A stretch of 64,000 nt of DNA. Origin: Candidatus Krumholzibacteriia bacterium. GTDB taxonomy: Bacteria > Krumholzibacteriota > Krumholzibacteriia > LZORAL124-64-63. The stretch covers positions 22,820-86,819 of the forward strand of contig JADGDU010000014.1 in the NCBI GenBank assembly GCA_016744705.1, read 5' to 3'. Positions 53,019 through 63,192 of this stretch are shown in pieces. The position numbers and the translations under genes are program-made. The notes beneath the pieces are model-generated. The model had not been told where the DNA came from and did no database searches. It saw only the letters and a list, made by a program, of their open reading frames with translations. Numbering within the stretch: position 1 is the stretch's first letter; every line of letters begins with the position of its first letter.

Positions 53019-54098
53019 CTAGAACTTCGTGACCATACCCCAGCTGATGCCCATGGGGCTTTCGCCGGCAGCAGAAGCGCCAATGCTGGAACCGTGACCA
53101 TTGCCGCCACCACTCAAGCCGTGCATGGATGCATCACCGTTCATGACGGTGGCATACTGCAGGTAGGTGTAAGTCTTCTGGCCCAGCTGACGGTCTACAC
53201 CGAGAGCCAAGAGAGCATAGTCGTCGTCGTCAGTATCGGTGTCAGGATCAGCCATGAAGTAGGCAGCCTTAACTGCGTAAACTTCGGCGAAGTCAAATTT
53301 GGCTTCCAGGCCGAAGGTCTGAGCTGTCATGTCATCAAAGCCGTCGAAGGTCTCGTTGAGGGCTTGACCGGAAAGGGTCTGGAACAGACCGGCAACTGCG
53401 AAAGTACCAAAGTCGTACTTGGCAGTGGCGCGGATACCGTTGGACGAATCGCCATACATCATGACATCGTCAGCATCGGCGTAGGTCTCGGAGAAACCCT
53501 TGCTCAGCATTTCATAAGCAACACCCACGTACAGGGCGTCTTTGCTATAAGCAGCAGAGCCACTGAAGGCAGTCATAGCTTCGTCGGCGCCAAGAACGCC
53601 CTGGTCCAACATGTAGCCCAGCACAACGCCGAAGCCGCTCATGTCAGGAGAAGCGTAAACAACCACGTCTTGCAGACGACGATCCCAGCCCATGGTGGTC
53701 TGGCGGTTGTCACCCAATTCGTCGTAGAAGAAGGTAGCTTTGCGACCGATGGTCTTGAAGGGGGTGTCATGGATACCATAAAGGAAGGTACCCCAGTCAC
53801 CATTCAGGCCCAGGTAACTGTTGCGAGTCACGAGGGTGTTGGAACCCTTCTGGGCCAAGTTGATGGCACTTTCGAATTGCCAGATGAAGGTCAGTTTTTC
53901 GGTGAGTTCTTTGGAACCTTTGAATCCGAAACGAGAAGTGTTGTTGGCCATCATGATCTGGCTGTCTTCACTGTCGCTCATGTAGTCGAGGGACGTGTGC
54001 AGTTTGCCATAAATCTTGTAGGCGTCTTCAGCAAGAGCAGCGCCGGAAACCAGAATGGTCGCCAGAACGAGCAGAGCAATCATTTTCTTAGTAAACAA
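53019..54098 (-). CDS. General porin (Gram-negative porin family)
   Basis: Signal peptide ending ALA|ED. Alternating amphipathic beta-strands. Asp-rich loop. C-terminal ...GMVTKF. Confidence 0.75.
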   Translation of the reverse strand: MFTKKMIALLVLATILVSGAALAEDAYKIYGKLHTSLDYMSDSEDSQIMMANNTSRFGFKGSKELTEKLTFIWQFESAINLAQKGSNTLVTRNSYLGLNGDWGTFLYGIHDTPFKTIGRKATFFYDELGDNRQTTMGWDRRLQDVVVYASPDMSGFGVVLGYMLDQGVLGADEAMTAFSGSAAYSKDALYVGVAYEMLSKGFSETYADADDVMMYGDSSNGIRATAKYDFGTFAVAGLFQTLSGQALNETFDGFDDMTAQTFGLEAKFDFAEVYAVKAAYFMADPDTDTDDDDYALLALGVDRQLGQKTYTYLQYATVMNGDASMHGLSGGGNGHGSSIGASAAGESPMGISWGMVTKF

Positions 54099-54766
54099 AG
54101 TCGGACCTCCTTGAAATCCACTGGGGTGTTATCGAAAGGCAAGCCTTTCGAAACTTCAATGTCCCCGTATGGGGGCACCGAATCTCTTGTTGCAACAGAC
54201 CGTAATGCCCGATGCAACAAATCTTAGCCACACAGTGATGGCATCTCTATCCATGAGTTCAGGTCGTGTGGATATCCTCGGTGCGTTTACAAAACCTGAA
54301 CCATACGCAAATAAACCCATGAGACCTTTTACCTGATCGAGTTGATCATTTAAAAAGGCCCGGGGGGCTTGCTGCGATTTTAAGTTCAGCCTGCATTCGC
54401 TCTTCCCCTGGTCTGCCTCTTTCCTTATTCTCATAAGGGTGGAAGCTACCAGGTTGGATCGAGGGTCGCCCAATTGCTCGGAGATTTTCCCAGAACAATC
54501 TGCCACAACCAGTGCCTGACCGCATTTTCAGTGGATGTGGACAAGTCTGTCAACATATTATTTCCACTGCAAATTTAGCTGTATAAAAAAACGGTCATCT
54601 TCCGAGGGGCAAAGATTATGTCCTTTTGGGGATAGTTCAACTAATTTCTTGCCTGTTTTGATAAGCCATGTTCGTTTAGCTTCTGGAAAGAAAAAGTGTT
54701 CGCTCTGATTTTCTGGCGTTAGTGTGAGCTGGAATAAGAAAACTGAATGGCACCAAACGTATCGGG

Positions 54767-56563
54767 ATGGTCAAACCAAAAATGAAAATACTCACTGTCG
54801 TTTTCCTGCTGCTTCTTTGGGCCACCGGAATTTCGGGTGCTTCGTTGGAGACGATTTATGAATTTTCGGCGGGCACCAAGACACCCAGTTATGACGAAAC
54901 GCTGGCCTGGTTTGATGACCTGGTAGCGGCCAGTGATTATCTGAAGCTGGAGTCATTTGGAACCAGCCCTCAGGGGCGCAAACTTCCTCTCATCATTGCC
55001 GACAGCCAGCAACGGTTTCGTGCGGACCAACATCGGAACCGTCAGGACGAAGTGGTGCTTCTGGTGCAGGCCTGTATTCACGCGGGAGAAAGTTGTGGGA
55101 AAGATGCAGGGATGTTGTTGCTTCGCCAGCTGGCCACCGACCCTGAATTGCGGGCAGAACTCCTGGACCAGATAACCTTGCTGTTCATTCCCATTTTCAA
55201 TGTGGATGGGCACGAACGGTTTGGGCCCTACGGTCGCATCAACCAGAACGGTCCTGATGAAATGGGCTGGCGAGTCACGGCGACCAACCAGAATCTCAAC
55301 CGGGATTTTTTAAAGGCCGATACTTTGGAAATGCGCCATTGGTTGGAGATGTACCAGCAGTGGCAGCCCGATTTTATGATCGACATCCACAGCACCGATG
55401 GGGCCGACTATCAGTACGCTATTACATATGGTCTCGAAACTCACGGCAATATGGATGTTGGCCTGACCCAATGGACCAATCAATATAGTGACGAGATGAA
55501 TGCCGTTATGAGCCAGGCAGATTTTCCCATGGCGCCATATGTCTCTTTCCGTCAGTGGCATGATCCGCGCAGTGGCTTGATCACCTGGGTGGCTGGTCCT
55601 CGTTATAGCCAAGGTTATACGGCGCTCCAGAACCGGCCGGGCCTGCTGATCGAAACCCACATGTTGAAAGATTATCCCACACGGGTTGAGGCGGCTTATC
55701 AATTGGTGGTGGAAACCATGGGGCACCTGAATGAAGAGGCGGGTGCGTTGCGAGAACTGGTGCTGAATGCCGATGCCCACACCGCCAGTGCGGCTTTTCG
55801 TGAGGAGCCCTTTGCTCTCAGTTTTAAATCCACCGAGAAGCATCGTCCTTTTAAATTTCTGGGGGTTTCCTATGAAAAAGTAAAAAGCGATATCACCGGT
55901 GGCGATTGGTTCCGCTTCAGTGGCGAACCAGAAACCATGATGATTGAGATGTATGATGATATGGAGCCCGACCAGACGAGCCACTTGCCCGAGGCCTATC
56001 TGATACCTCCGGAGTGGACGGTTATTATAGACCGTTTGTCATTGCATGGGATCCAGTTCCAGCGTCTGGCCAAAGAGGCGGAAGTGGAAGTGCGCAGCTG
56101 GCGTTTCCGAGATGCCAAGTGGCAGGAAAAACCCTATGAGGGGCATCACCCCGTGCGCTTTGAGATGGATCCGTTGCTGGAGAAGCGGATTTATCCTGCG
56201 GGAACGGTGGTGGTTGATATGAACCAAAGGGCGGCCAGGGTGGCGGCCCACATGCTCCAGCCCCAAGGGGCCGATTCTCTGGTGCGTTGGGGGTACCTGG
56301 ATGCCATCTTTGAACGGGTGGAATATGTGGAGTCTTATGTCATTGAAAATATGATTAGGGAAATGGTGGTTGAACAACCGGAATTACTAGTGGAGCTGGA
56401 GCAGCGAAAACTGGAGGATCCGGAATTTGCCAAAGACGCCTGGGCTATTCGGTATTGGTTTTACGAAAAAACGCCATATTACGACCAACGGGTAGGGGTC
56501 TATCCTGTGGGCTTGCTTGATGATAGAGAGTTCATACAGAAACAGATTGTTTTTGAAAAATAA
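54767..56563 (+). CDS. M14-family zinc metallopeptidase (carboxypeptidase-like) with a C-terminal extension
   Basis: Signal peptide. HAGE (HxxE). NVDGHE. IDIHS. About 600 aa. Confidence 0.7.
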   Translation: MVKPKMKILTVVFLLLLWATGISGASLETIYEFSAGTKTPSYDETLAWFDDLVAASDYLKLESFGTSPQGRKLPLIIADSQQRFRADQHRNRQDEVVLLVQACIHAGESCGKDAGMLLLRQLATDPELRAELLDQITLLFIPIFNVDGHERFGPYGRINQNGPDEMGWRVTATNQNLNRDFLKADTLEMRHWLEMYQQWQPDFMIDIHSTDGADYQYAITYGLETHGNMDVGLTQWTNQYSDEMNAVMSQADFPMAPYVSFRQWHDPRSGLITWVAGPRYSQGYTALQNRPGLLIETHMLKDYPTRVEAAYQLVVETMGHLNEEAGALRELVLNADAHTASAAFREEPFALSFKSTEKHRPFKFLGVSYEKVKSDITGGDWFRFSGEPETMMIEMYDDMEPDQTSHLPEAYLIPPEWTVIIDRLSLHGIQFQRLAKEAEVEVRSWRFRDAKWQEKPYEGHHPVRFEMDPLLEKRIYPAGTVVVDMNQRAARVAAHMLQPQGADSLVRWGYLDAIFERVEYVESYVIENMIREMVVEQPELLVELEQRKLEDPEFAKDAWAIRYWFYEKTPYYDQRVGVYPVGLLDDREFIQKQIVFEK

Positions 56564-56722
56564 TGATGAATTCTTTAGTCTGTGGCGGTTTCCGGAACAA
56601 ACAGAATGACTTTTGACTTTTTTATTGCAGGATAAGACTGAAACATGATAGAGTCGTCCATTCTGCAGTAACGGGATTCTCCTGTTGCGTCTTGATGTTC
56701 ATTACCCTTTGGAGGGAAACCT

Positions 56723-57643
56723 ATGAGAAAATTTGTTATCGCTTTGTTGGCTGTCATGATGGTCACCGGTGCTGTATATGCATCTGACAAACCCGCCCTT
56801 GAGAAACCTGTTTTGCCTGTAGACATTAATGTTGATATCACCGAGAACGAACCCAACGACGATTGCACTATAGCCGACTATTTGACCGTAGATGACAACT
56901 ATATGGCTGCCATCGATCCTGCTGGTGATGAAGACTGGTTTGAAGTGTTTTACCCCGCTGGTGGCGAAGTGGCTTTCCAGACACATCCCGGTGATGTTAA
57001 TGATACCAAGTTGTACCTGTATGCTGATGACTGCGAAACTGAACTTGCATATAACGATGATGGTGGCGGACAGGGTTATTACAGCCTCATCGAGTATACT
57101 ATTGATCCCAATACCACATATTTTGTCAAAGTGACTGGTTTCAGCGGAACCACTCAGGGATCTTACTTCCTGACTATGGCTCTGGCCGATCCTCCTCCTC
57201 CTGCTCCTGAAAATGACACCTGCGAGGGCGCCCTGCCACTTCCTTTCGGAACTTTCGAGATTGATAACACCGGTGCTGCCGATGATTACAATCCTGGATC
57301 CGATGGTTGCACGGGATTCAACGCTCCTGGTCTTGACATTGTTTATTACATCGATCTGGTCGAAAACCAGCAAATTGAAGTCACTGCCGAATCCACTTTT
57401 GATACCTCCCTGTATCTGGTGACGGATTGTGCTGATGTTGAAAATAGCTGTGTTGTCGGAGCCGACGTTTATGGCGAACCTGAGCACATCATCTTTGATG
57501 CTGGTAGCAATCCCGGCCGTTATTATGTCATTTTTGATGGATTCAGTTCCACTGGTCAGGGAGTCTGGACCGTTTCAGTTCCCGAAGGCGTTGTGGCCAC
57601 TCAGGAGACCACTTTTGACAGCCTGAAGAGCATGTACCGGTAA
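56723..57643 (+). CDS. Secreted protein with two PPC (pre-peptidase C-terminal) domains ending ...TQETTFDSLKSMYR
   Basis: Signal peptide. First PPC (ENEPNDDCTIADYL...DEDWFEVF...DTKLYLYADDCETELAYNDDGGGQGYYSLI...YFVKVTGFSGTTQGSYFLTMAL). Second PPC (APENDTCEGA...DTSLYLVTDC...GRYYVIFDGFSSTGQGVWTVSV). Confidence 0.8.
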   Translation: MRKFVIALLAVMMVTGAVYASDKPALEKPVLPVDINVDITENEPNDDCTIADYLTVDDNYMAAIDPAGDEDWFEVFYPAGGEVAFQTHPGDVNDTKLYLYADDCETELAYNDDGGGQGYYSLIEYTIDPNTTYFVKVTGFSGTTQGSYFLTMALADPPPPAPENDTCEGALPLPFGTFEIDNTGAADDYNPGSDGCTGFNAPGLDIVYYIDLVENQQIEVTAESTFDTSLYLVTDCADVENSCVVGADVYGEPEHIIFDAGSNPGRYYVIFDGFSSTGQGVWTVSVPEGVVATQETTFDSLKSMYR

Positions 57644-57680
57644 TTTTTCGGTAAACTAAAAACTCTTTTATGAGTGATCC

Positions 57681-57716
57681 GCGGCCGCATCTTCAGTGAT
57701 GCGGCCGCTTTTTTTT
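57681..57716 (+). terminator. Rho-independent terminator (11-bp stem GCGGCCGCATC/GATGCGGCCGC, 6-nt loop, T8 tail)
   Basis: Perfect GC-rich inverted repeat immediately followed by TTTTTTTT, 38 nt after the stop at 57643. Confidence 0.85.
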
Positions 57717-57878
57717 GAGTTCAAAATGGGACTGCCTATTTCTTTTTTGAGTTGGAGACAATAGAATTAGTAAACTTGGTTAGTTGTAGTGATCGATATC
57801 GTGAAAATCCGAGGTATGGGGATTGCAGATTTTGGCTCGTGTTTGTCTTGGATATCTTTCAAACAAAGGGGAAAGAGC

Positions 57879-58556
57879 ATGGTCTGGAATTCCAGAATAA
57901 GAGTTTTGCTGGTGGGCCTCATTTTTTCGAGCCTGACTTTCTTGGTGGGATGCAGTGACGATTCCCCCGAAGCTCCCGAGGTGAGCGATCCACGTATTCT
58001 TCCGCCAACCGAAGATATTCTCATGCAAAACTACCTTACATCGGTGGTGGATATGTCCTATGACGACTTGGATTTCATCCTCCACGAAGAATTCAGGCTG
58101 GGGCTATTGCCGTCCACCATTGAGGATTGGGACGGATCAGGTAACCCCTTAGTGGGAGACCATTTCGACAAAGCAGCCATGCTGTCTATCCATGAAAACC
58201 TATTTGGCGAAATCGAGGGGATGGACGAACACGGTTTGGTTGTGTCGTATGTGGAGTCCATTTCCTTTGATGTTTTTGACAAGGTGAGGGACTGGGAACC
58301 GATTGCTGCGGGAAATGTTTTTTTTGAGGATTACCCCGAAGCGTATAGGGCCCGATACAGCGTCCTTATTCATTTCAACAATCCCGATTATCATCGCTGG
58401 GAAGTGGATCATATGCTGGATATCATTGTGCTGCCAGTGACCTTGGATGAGACCACGGGCTATCAATTGCTGGGAATTTACGGATATTCGCCATTTTCAG
58501 CCGCGGGAACGGAAGAGATTTCTTATGACGGTGTTCTGGCCATGTACAGGTTCTAA
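57879..58556 (+). CDS. Lipoprotein ending ...GTEEISYDGVLAMYRF
   Basis: ATG at 57879 after AAGGGG. Lipobox FLVGC|SDDS. No known domain. The C-terminus shares the x-[ML]-Y-R tail plus a terminal F. Confidence 0.65.
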   Translation: MVWNSRIRVLLVGLIFSSLTFLVGCSDDSPEAPEVSDPRILPPTEDILMQNYLTSVVDMSYDDLDFILHEEFRLGLLPSTIEDWDGSGNPLVGDHFDKAAMLSIHENLFGEIEGMDEHGLVVSYVESISFDVFDKVRDWEPIAAGNVFFEDYPEAYRARYSVLIHFNNPDYHRWEVDHMLDIIVLPVTLDETTGYQLLGIYGYSPFSAAGTEEISYDGVLAMYRF

Positions 58557-59053
58557 ACTGTTGCAAGTGCAATGCTGTGATAAATGGCCATGGCGATAAA
58601 ACCCAGCAAAGGCATAGCCAGGGTTATGGTCAAACGGGGGTGCCGAAAAAAGAAATGGGTTCGGGAAGATGGGAAGATCTTCCAGGGCTTAAGCTGCCCT
58701 CGTTCAATTTTCTCCAGGCGCCAGCCTTCCATGATGCAAAGCAGAGCGACCACCAGATAGGGGATAGCCATTTCCCAGCCCATGCGGTTGCTTGAAGCTT
58801 GACCCCAGAAGAGAGCGAAGGCAAGACCCACGGCTCCCAAAAAATACCCGCCAGGCCGAGGCCAGCGCACAGCAATGGCCGCCAAAAATGTGGCCACAAT
58901 TCCTGGCACCATATAAATAAAGCGGTGGGGCATTGAGCCCCACCACCCTTCTTGAAACATTTCACCACTGCACCAAATGGTAGCCCCAACGGCCATGGCC
59001 GTGATCAGGATCCATGCAAGCAGGCCCGGCACAAGAACCAGGTAGCGCCCCAC
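58553..59053 (-). CDS. Hypothetical integral membrane protein
   Basis: 166 aa with 4-5 TM helices. Trp-rich. No family recognised. Confidence 0.5.
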   Translation of the reverse strand: MGRYLVLVPGLLAWILITAMAVGATIWCSGEMFQEGWWGSMPHRFIYMVPGIVATFLAAIAVRWPRPGGYFLGAVGLAFALFWGQASSNRMGWEMAIPYLVVALLCIMEGWRLEKIERGQLKPWKIFPSSRTHFFFRHPRLTITLAMPLLGFIAMAIYHSIALATV

Positions 59054-59054
59054 A

Positions 59055-60734
59055 TTAACCCCGCGTCAGTTTGCGGTACTTGATGCGGTGAGGCTGGTCG
59101 GCATCTTCACCCAGGCGTTTGCGACGGTCGGCTTCGTATTCGCTATAGCTGCCTTCGTACCAGAAGACGTTACTGTCGCCTTCAAAAGCCAGGGTATGAG
59201 TGCAGATCCGGTCCAGGAACCAGCGATCATGGCTGACCACAACGAGGCAGCCGCCAAAGTCTACCAGCCCATCTTCCAGAGCGCGCAAAGTATCTACATC
59301 CAGATCGTTGGTGGGCTCATCCAGAAGGATGAGGTTGGCGCCGCTTTTCAGCAGCCGGGCCAGGTGCACCCGGTTGCGCTCGCCACCACTGAGGGTGCCG
59401 ACGGTGCGCTGTTGTTCGTGGCCTTTGAAATTGAAGCCGGAGCAATAGGCGCGGCTGTTGACCTTCACGCCACCCAGATCCAGTTCTTCGGCCCCATCGC
59501 TGATGTTTTCGTAGACGGTTTTTTCGGCGTCCAGGTCATCGCGGCCCTGATCAACGTAGGACATTTGCACCGTATCACCGATGGTCAAGGTGCCGCTGTC
59601 CGGAGTTTCTTTGCCAGTGATCATATTCATGAGGGTGGTTTTACCGGCGCCGTTAGGCCCGACAACACCCACAATGCCACCGCGGGGGAGTTGAAAGTTT
59701 AGGTCATCGAACAAAAGAATATCGCCATAGGCTTTTCTTACGTGTTCAGCCTTCACCACAACATTACCCAGACGCTCACCGGCGGGGATGCGGATCTGGT
59801 GGGCTTGCTTTGACATCTGGCGCTCTTCACTGACCAGCTCTTCATACTTTGAGACACGAGCCTTGCTCTTTTTCTGGCGGGCCTTTTGGGATGCATTCAC
59901 CCATTCCAGCTCTCGCTCCAGAGTTTTGGCCCGGCGGCTGTCTTTCTTTTCTTTTTCCACCAGTTGTTTCTGCTTTTGTTCCAGCCAACTGGAGTAGTTT
60001 CCTTCCCAGGGAATACCGTGGCCATTGTCCAGCTCCAGAATCCAGCCGGTGACGTTGTCCAGGAAGTAACGATCATGGGTGACAAGAATGACGGTGCCTT
60101 CGTATTCGCGCAGATGTCGCTCCAGCCAGGAAACGGATTCGGCATCAAGGTGGTTAGTGGGCTCATCCAGCAACAGAAGGTCAGGCTTGGACAGCAACAA
60201 CTGGGTCAAAGCCACCCGGCGGATTTCACCACCGGAGAGCTTGCTCACGTCGGCATCACCGGGAGGACAGCGCATGGCATCCATGGCTACTTCCACGTGG
60301 TTGTCCAGATCCCAGCCATTCAAGAGGTCGATACGGTCCTGCAGCTTGCCCATGTCTTCCATGAGCTTGGCCATGGCGTCGTCGTCCATAGGTTCGCACA
60401 TCTGCATGCTGATGGCGTTGAATTTGTCGAGCATGCCTTTGAGCTCACTGACGCCCAATTCGATATTACCGCGCACATCAAGGGAGGCGTCCAGCTGAGG
60501 TTCCTGGGCTAGGTAACCAACTTTGATGGAAGGGTCTGGTTTGGCCACACCGAGGAAGTCATCATCCAGGCCGGCCATGATTTTCAAGAGAGTGGATTTA
60601 CCGGAACCGTTCAAGCCGATGACGCCAATTTTGGCTCCGGGGTAAAAGGAAAGCCAGATACCCTTGAGGATTTCGCGGTTGGGGGGAACAATCTTTTTCA
60701 GATCGGTCATAGTGAAAATGTATTGCTGAGCCAT
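59055..60734 (-). CDS. ettA: Energy-dependent translational throttle ABC-F protein EttA
   Basis: The N-terminus MAQQYIFTMTDLKKIVPPNREILKGIWLSFYPGAKIGVIGLNGSGKSTLL aligns almost residue for residue with E. coli EttA. Two ABC domains, arm and linker. ATG at 60734. Confidence 0.9.
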   Translation of the reverse strand: MAQQYIFTMTDLKKIVPPNREILKGIWLSFYPGAKIGVIGLNGSGKSTLLKIMAGLDDDFLGVAKPDPSIKVGYLAQEPQLDASLDVRGNIELGVSELKGMLDKFNAISMQMCEPMDDDAMAKLMEDMGKLQDRIDLLNGWDLDNHVEVAMDAMRCPPGDADVSKLSGGEIRRVALTQLLLSKPDLLLLDEPTNHLDAESVSWLERHLREYEGTVILVTHDRYFLDNVTGWILELDNGHGIPWEGNYSSWLEQKQKQLVEKEKKDSRRAKTLERELEWVNASQKARQKKSKARVSKYEELVSEERQMSKQAHQIRIPAGERLGNVVVKAEHVRKAYGDILLFDDLNFQLPRGGIVGVVGPNGAGKTTLMNMITGKETPDSGTLTIGDTVQMSYVDQGRDDLDAEKTVYENISDGAEELDLGGVKVNSRAYCSGFNFKGHEQQRTVGTLSGGERNRVHLARLLKSGANLILLDEPTNDLDVDTLRALEDGLVDFGGCLVVVSHDRWFLDRICTHTLAFEGDSNVFWYEGSYSEYEADRRKRLGEDADQPHRIKYRKLTRG

Positions 60735-60975
60735 GGGATTTGGCCTTTCGGGGGCGGCAGAAAGGCAGCCGTGGTGGCCCTGCCTCTGATTTTTGCCTGT
60801 GGTGCATTGATGGGAGCTTTTGGCTCGATTGTATGGGCGGCAAGGTATCATTATTTAAGGGAAGTGTAAAGGGATGGGTAAAATTGGCCATTCAGGGCAA
60901 AGGCACAGATTCGAAATATCGTTATCTTGAAAGCAGGTTATTGGTTGATTTCATCCCCATGTAAGGAAGAAAAAC

Positions 60976-61977
60976 ATGATTAAAGCTTATGCGGCCACGG
61001 AGGCTGGCGGTCCTTTGAAGCCGTTCGAATACGACCCCGGACCACTGGGCAGGCAAGAGGTGGAATTGGATGTGGAATACTGCGGTATTTGCCACAGCGA
61101 TCTGAGCATGCTGAACAATGAATGGGGAATGTCCCAGTACCCCCTTGTTTTGGGCCATGAAGTGGTGGGTATCATCAATTCCATCGGCGAAGACGTGAAA
61201 CACCTTAAAGTGGGTGACCGGGTAGGCTTGGGCTGGCATTCAGGATATTGCGGCACTTGCTCGCCTTGCCTCACTGGCGATCAGAACCTGTGCCTGACAC
61301 ACCAGGGCACCATTGTGGGGCGCCATGGGGGCTTTGCTGAACAAGTGCGAGCTCAAGCGGCGGCCACCGTCAAATTGCCCGAAGGGTTGGATGTTGCGGG
61401 TGCCGGTCCTCTGCTTTGCGGTGGCATCACTGTCTTTAACCCATTGGTTCAATTTGGCCTGAAGCCCACGGCCCGGGTTGGCGTCATCGGCATTGGCGGG
61501 CTGGGACACATGGCTCTGCAGTTTTTGCGCGCCTGGGGTTGTGAAGTCACGGCCTTCACTTCCAGCGATGCCAAAATCAAAGAAGCCCTGGAGATGGGGG
61601 CTCACCGCACGGTGAATTCCAGAGACTCCAAGGCTCTTGCCGCTGAAGTGGGGCGTTTTGACCTGATTCTCTCTACGGTCAATGTGAAGCTGGACTGGAA
61701 TGCCTATATGGGTGCTTTGAAGCCCAGAGGCCGCCTGCATCTGGTGGGAGCCACCTTGGAACCTCTGGATATTGGTGTGTTTTCTCTTATTGGTGGCCAG
61801 AAGGAAGTCTCGGGGTCACCTGTGGGCAGCCCGGCTGTGATCGCCGAAATGCTGGAATTTGCCGCCAGGCACGGCATCAAGCCTGTGGTCGAAATTTACC
61901 CCATGGACCAAGTGAACGAAGCCATGGACCGGTTGAGAAGCGGGAAGGCCCGTTACCGTATTGTGCTGACTCGATAG
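60976..61977 (+). CDS. Zinc-dependent NAD(P)-alcohol dehydrogenase (YahK/cinnamyl-ADH-like)
   Basis: [15 protein letters not shown]. Structural-zinc CGTCSPC. Rossmann fold [12 protein letters not shown]. Confidence 0.9.
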   Translation: MIKAYAATEAGGPLKPFEYDPGPLGRQEVELDVEYCGICHSDLSMLNNEWGMSQYPLVLGHEVVGIINSIGEDVKHLKVGDRVGLGWHSGYCGTCSPCLTGDQNLCLTHQGTIVGRHGGFAEQVRAQAAATVKLPEGLDVAGAGPLLCGGITVFNPLVQFGLKPTARVGVIGIGGLGHMALQFLRAWGCEVTAFTSSDAKIKEALEMGAHRTVNSRDSKALAAEVGRFDLILSTVNVKLDWNAYMGALKPRGRLHLVGATLEPLDIGVFSLIGGQKEVSGSPVGSPAVIAEMLEFAARHGIKPVVEIYPMDQVNEAMDRLRSGKARYRIVLTR

Positions 61978-62109
61978 TGATTGGGCCGGGTTCATCCCCG
62001 GCCTTTTCAGAATTTGGTTGTGATGGTCCAGTATTGCTGTTAGGTTCCTTAAAGCAATGAAAGGTTAGAGGTTACGGAGGGGAATACATACGAAAGGGAG
62101 AGGTTTTCC

Positions 62110-63192
62110 ATGAAATCCTCATTTTTTGCCATGGTGTTGGTGGTCTTGCTGGCAAGCGCCCCAACTGTTCAAGCCCAGATGTTCCAATCCGTTCCTGTTG
62201 ATGAAGCCCAACTTCTACAATCCGGACCGGGTAAGCTTTATTGCCCGGCCTGCGGTATGAATCTGGTCAAATTCTATAAAACATCCCATGCCATTGGGGA
62301 CCTCCAATATTGCTCCATGCACTGTTTGGTGGATGCCAATCCCGAGGCCAGCGGAGCCCAGGTGGTGGATGTTACATCATTGAAATTTATCCCTGTGGAA
62401 AAAGCTCATTATGTGGTTGGCAGCGAGGTCAAGGGCACCATGACCATGGCCAGCAAGTACGCCTTTGCCGTGAAAGCTGACGCCGAAGCCTTTGCTGGCA
62501 AAAACGGTGGCCAGGTGATGAACTTTGCTGCTGCCGAGGCTATGGCCCGCAAAGCTCTGGCCAAAGAAAACAAGATGATCAACAAGAAGCGTAGCAAGAT
62601 GGCTGAAAAGGGTGCCAAGATTTTCGCCACCATGTGCGGCGATGCCGATTTGCCCCAATTTTCATCCATCGCCCAGGCCAAAACACATCTGGCCAACAGC
62701 GGCGCCTGTGGCGAGCTCAATGATGGGCAATATCAGGCCGTGGCCATTTACCTGATGAGTGGCGCTGGCGGACATGCGGCCCTCAGCCCCATCCAGGTGC
62801 CGGAAAAAGCCAAGTGCCCCGTGTGCGGAATGTTTGTGGCCAAATATCCCAACTGGGTGGGAGAAATTGAGACCACCGACGGGCAGCATTATTACTTTGA
62901 TGGCGTCAAAGATATGATGAAATTTTACTTTGATCCCGCCCAATATCACGTGGCATTGACCACCGACCAAATGGCAGCGGTGCGGGTCTCTGATTATTAC
63001 AACCTGGGGCCCATGGATGCCCACAAAGCATGGTATGTGATGGGCTCCAATGTCTACGGCCCCATGGGCGATGAGTTGGTCCCATTCCGCACCAAAGAAG
63101 AGGCCGAAACGTTCAGCAATGATCACTTTGGCAAGTCTGTCCTGAGCTTTGAAAAGATTGATGCCAAGCTGGTCCACGGACTGGACAAGTGA
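62110..63192 (+). CDS. Secreted tandem NosL-like copper-chaperone-domain protein
   Basis: Signal peptide. Two CxxCGM motifs (CPACGMNLV and CPVCGMFVAKYPNW). DGQHYYFDGVKDMMKFY resembles the NosL fold. Confidence 0.65.
   Translation: MKSSFFAMVLVVLLASAPTVQAQMFQSVPVDEAQLLQSGPGKLYCPACGMNLVKFYKTSHAIGDLQYCSMHCLVDANPEASGAQVVDVTSLKFIPVEKAHYVVGSEVKGTMTMASKYAFAVKADAEAFAGKNGGQVMNFAAAEAMARKALAKENKMINKKRSKMAEKGAKIFATMCGDADLPQFSSIAQAKTHLANSGACGELNDGQYQAVAIYLMSGAGGHAALSPIQVPEKAKCPVCGMFVAKYPNWVGEIETTDGQHYYFDGVKDMMKFYFDPAQYHVALTTDQMAAVRVSDYYNLGPMDAHKAWYVMGSNVYGPMGDELVPFRTKEEAETFSNDHFGKSVLSFEKIDAKLVHGLDK

Noticed and set aside
52725-54227. 500-aa ORF on the forward strand
   Set aside because: It is entirely antisense to the well-supported porin gene (53019-54098) and to intergenic sequence. 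Its composition is low-complexity (G/V/A-rich) and it has no start context. This is a typical shadow ORF in a GC-rich region.
54156-54506. 116-aa minus-strand ORF in the porin/M14 intergenic region
   Set aside because: No start context, no domain and mixed composition. I treat it as non-coding pending homology evidence. See the finding on this region.
56723-57643. Considered whether the K-x-M-Y-R tails are simply truncated BamA beta-signals, or belong to T9SS type-B CTDs
   Set aside because: The terminal residue is Arg in four of five cases, whereas beta-signals require a terminal aromatic. The tail is about 15 aa, whereas T9SS CTDs are about 80 aa. The host proteins are globular and soluble, not barrels.
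57681-57708. GCGGCCGC (NotI) palindromes suggesting a cloning-vector junction
   Set aside because: They form the two arms of a normal terminator hairpin followed by a T8 tract. There is no vector-like sequence on either side.
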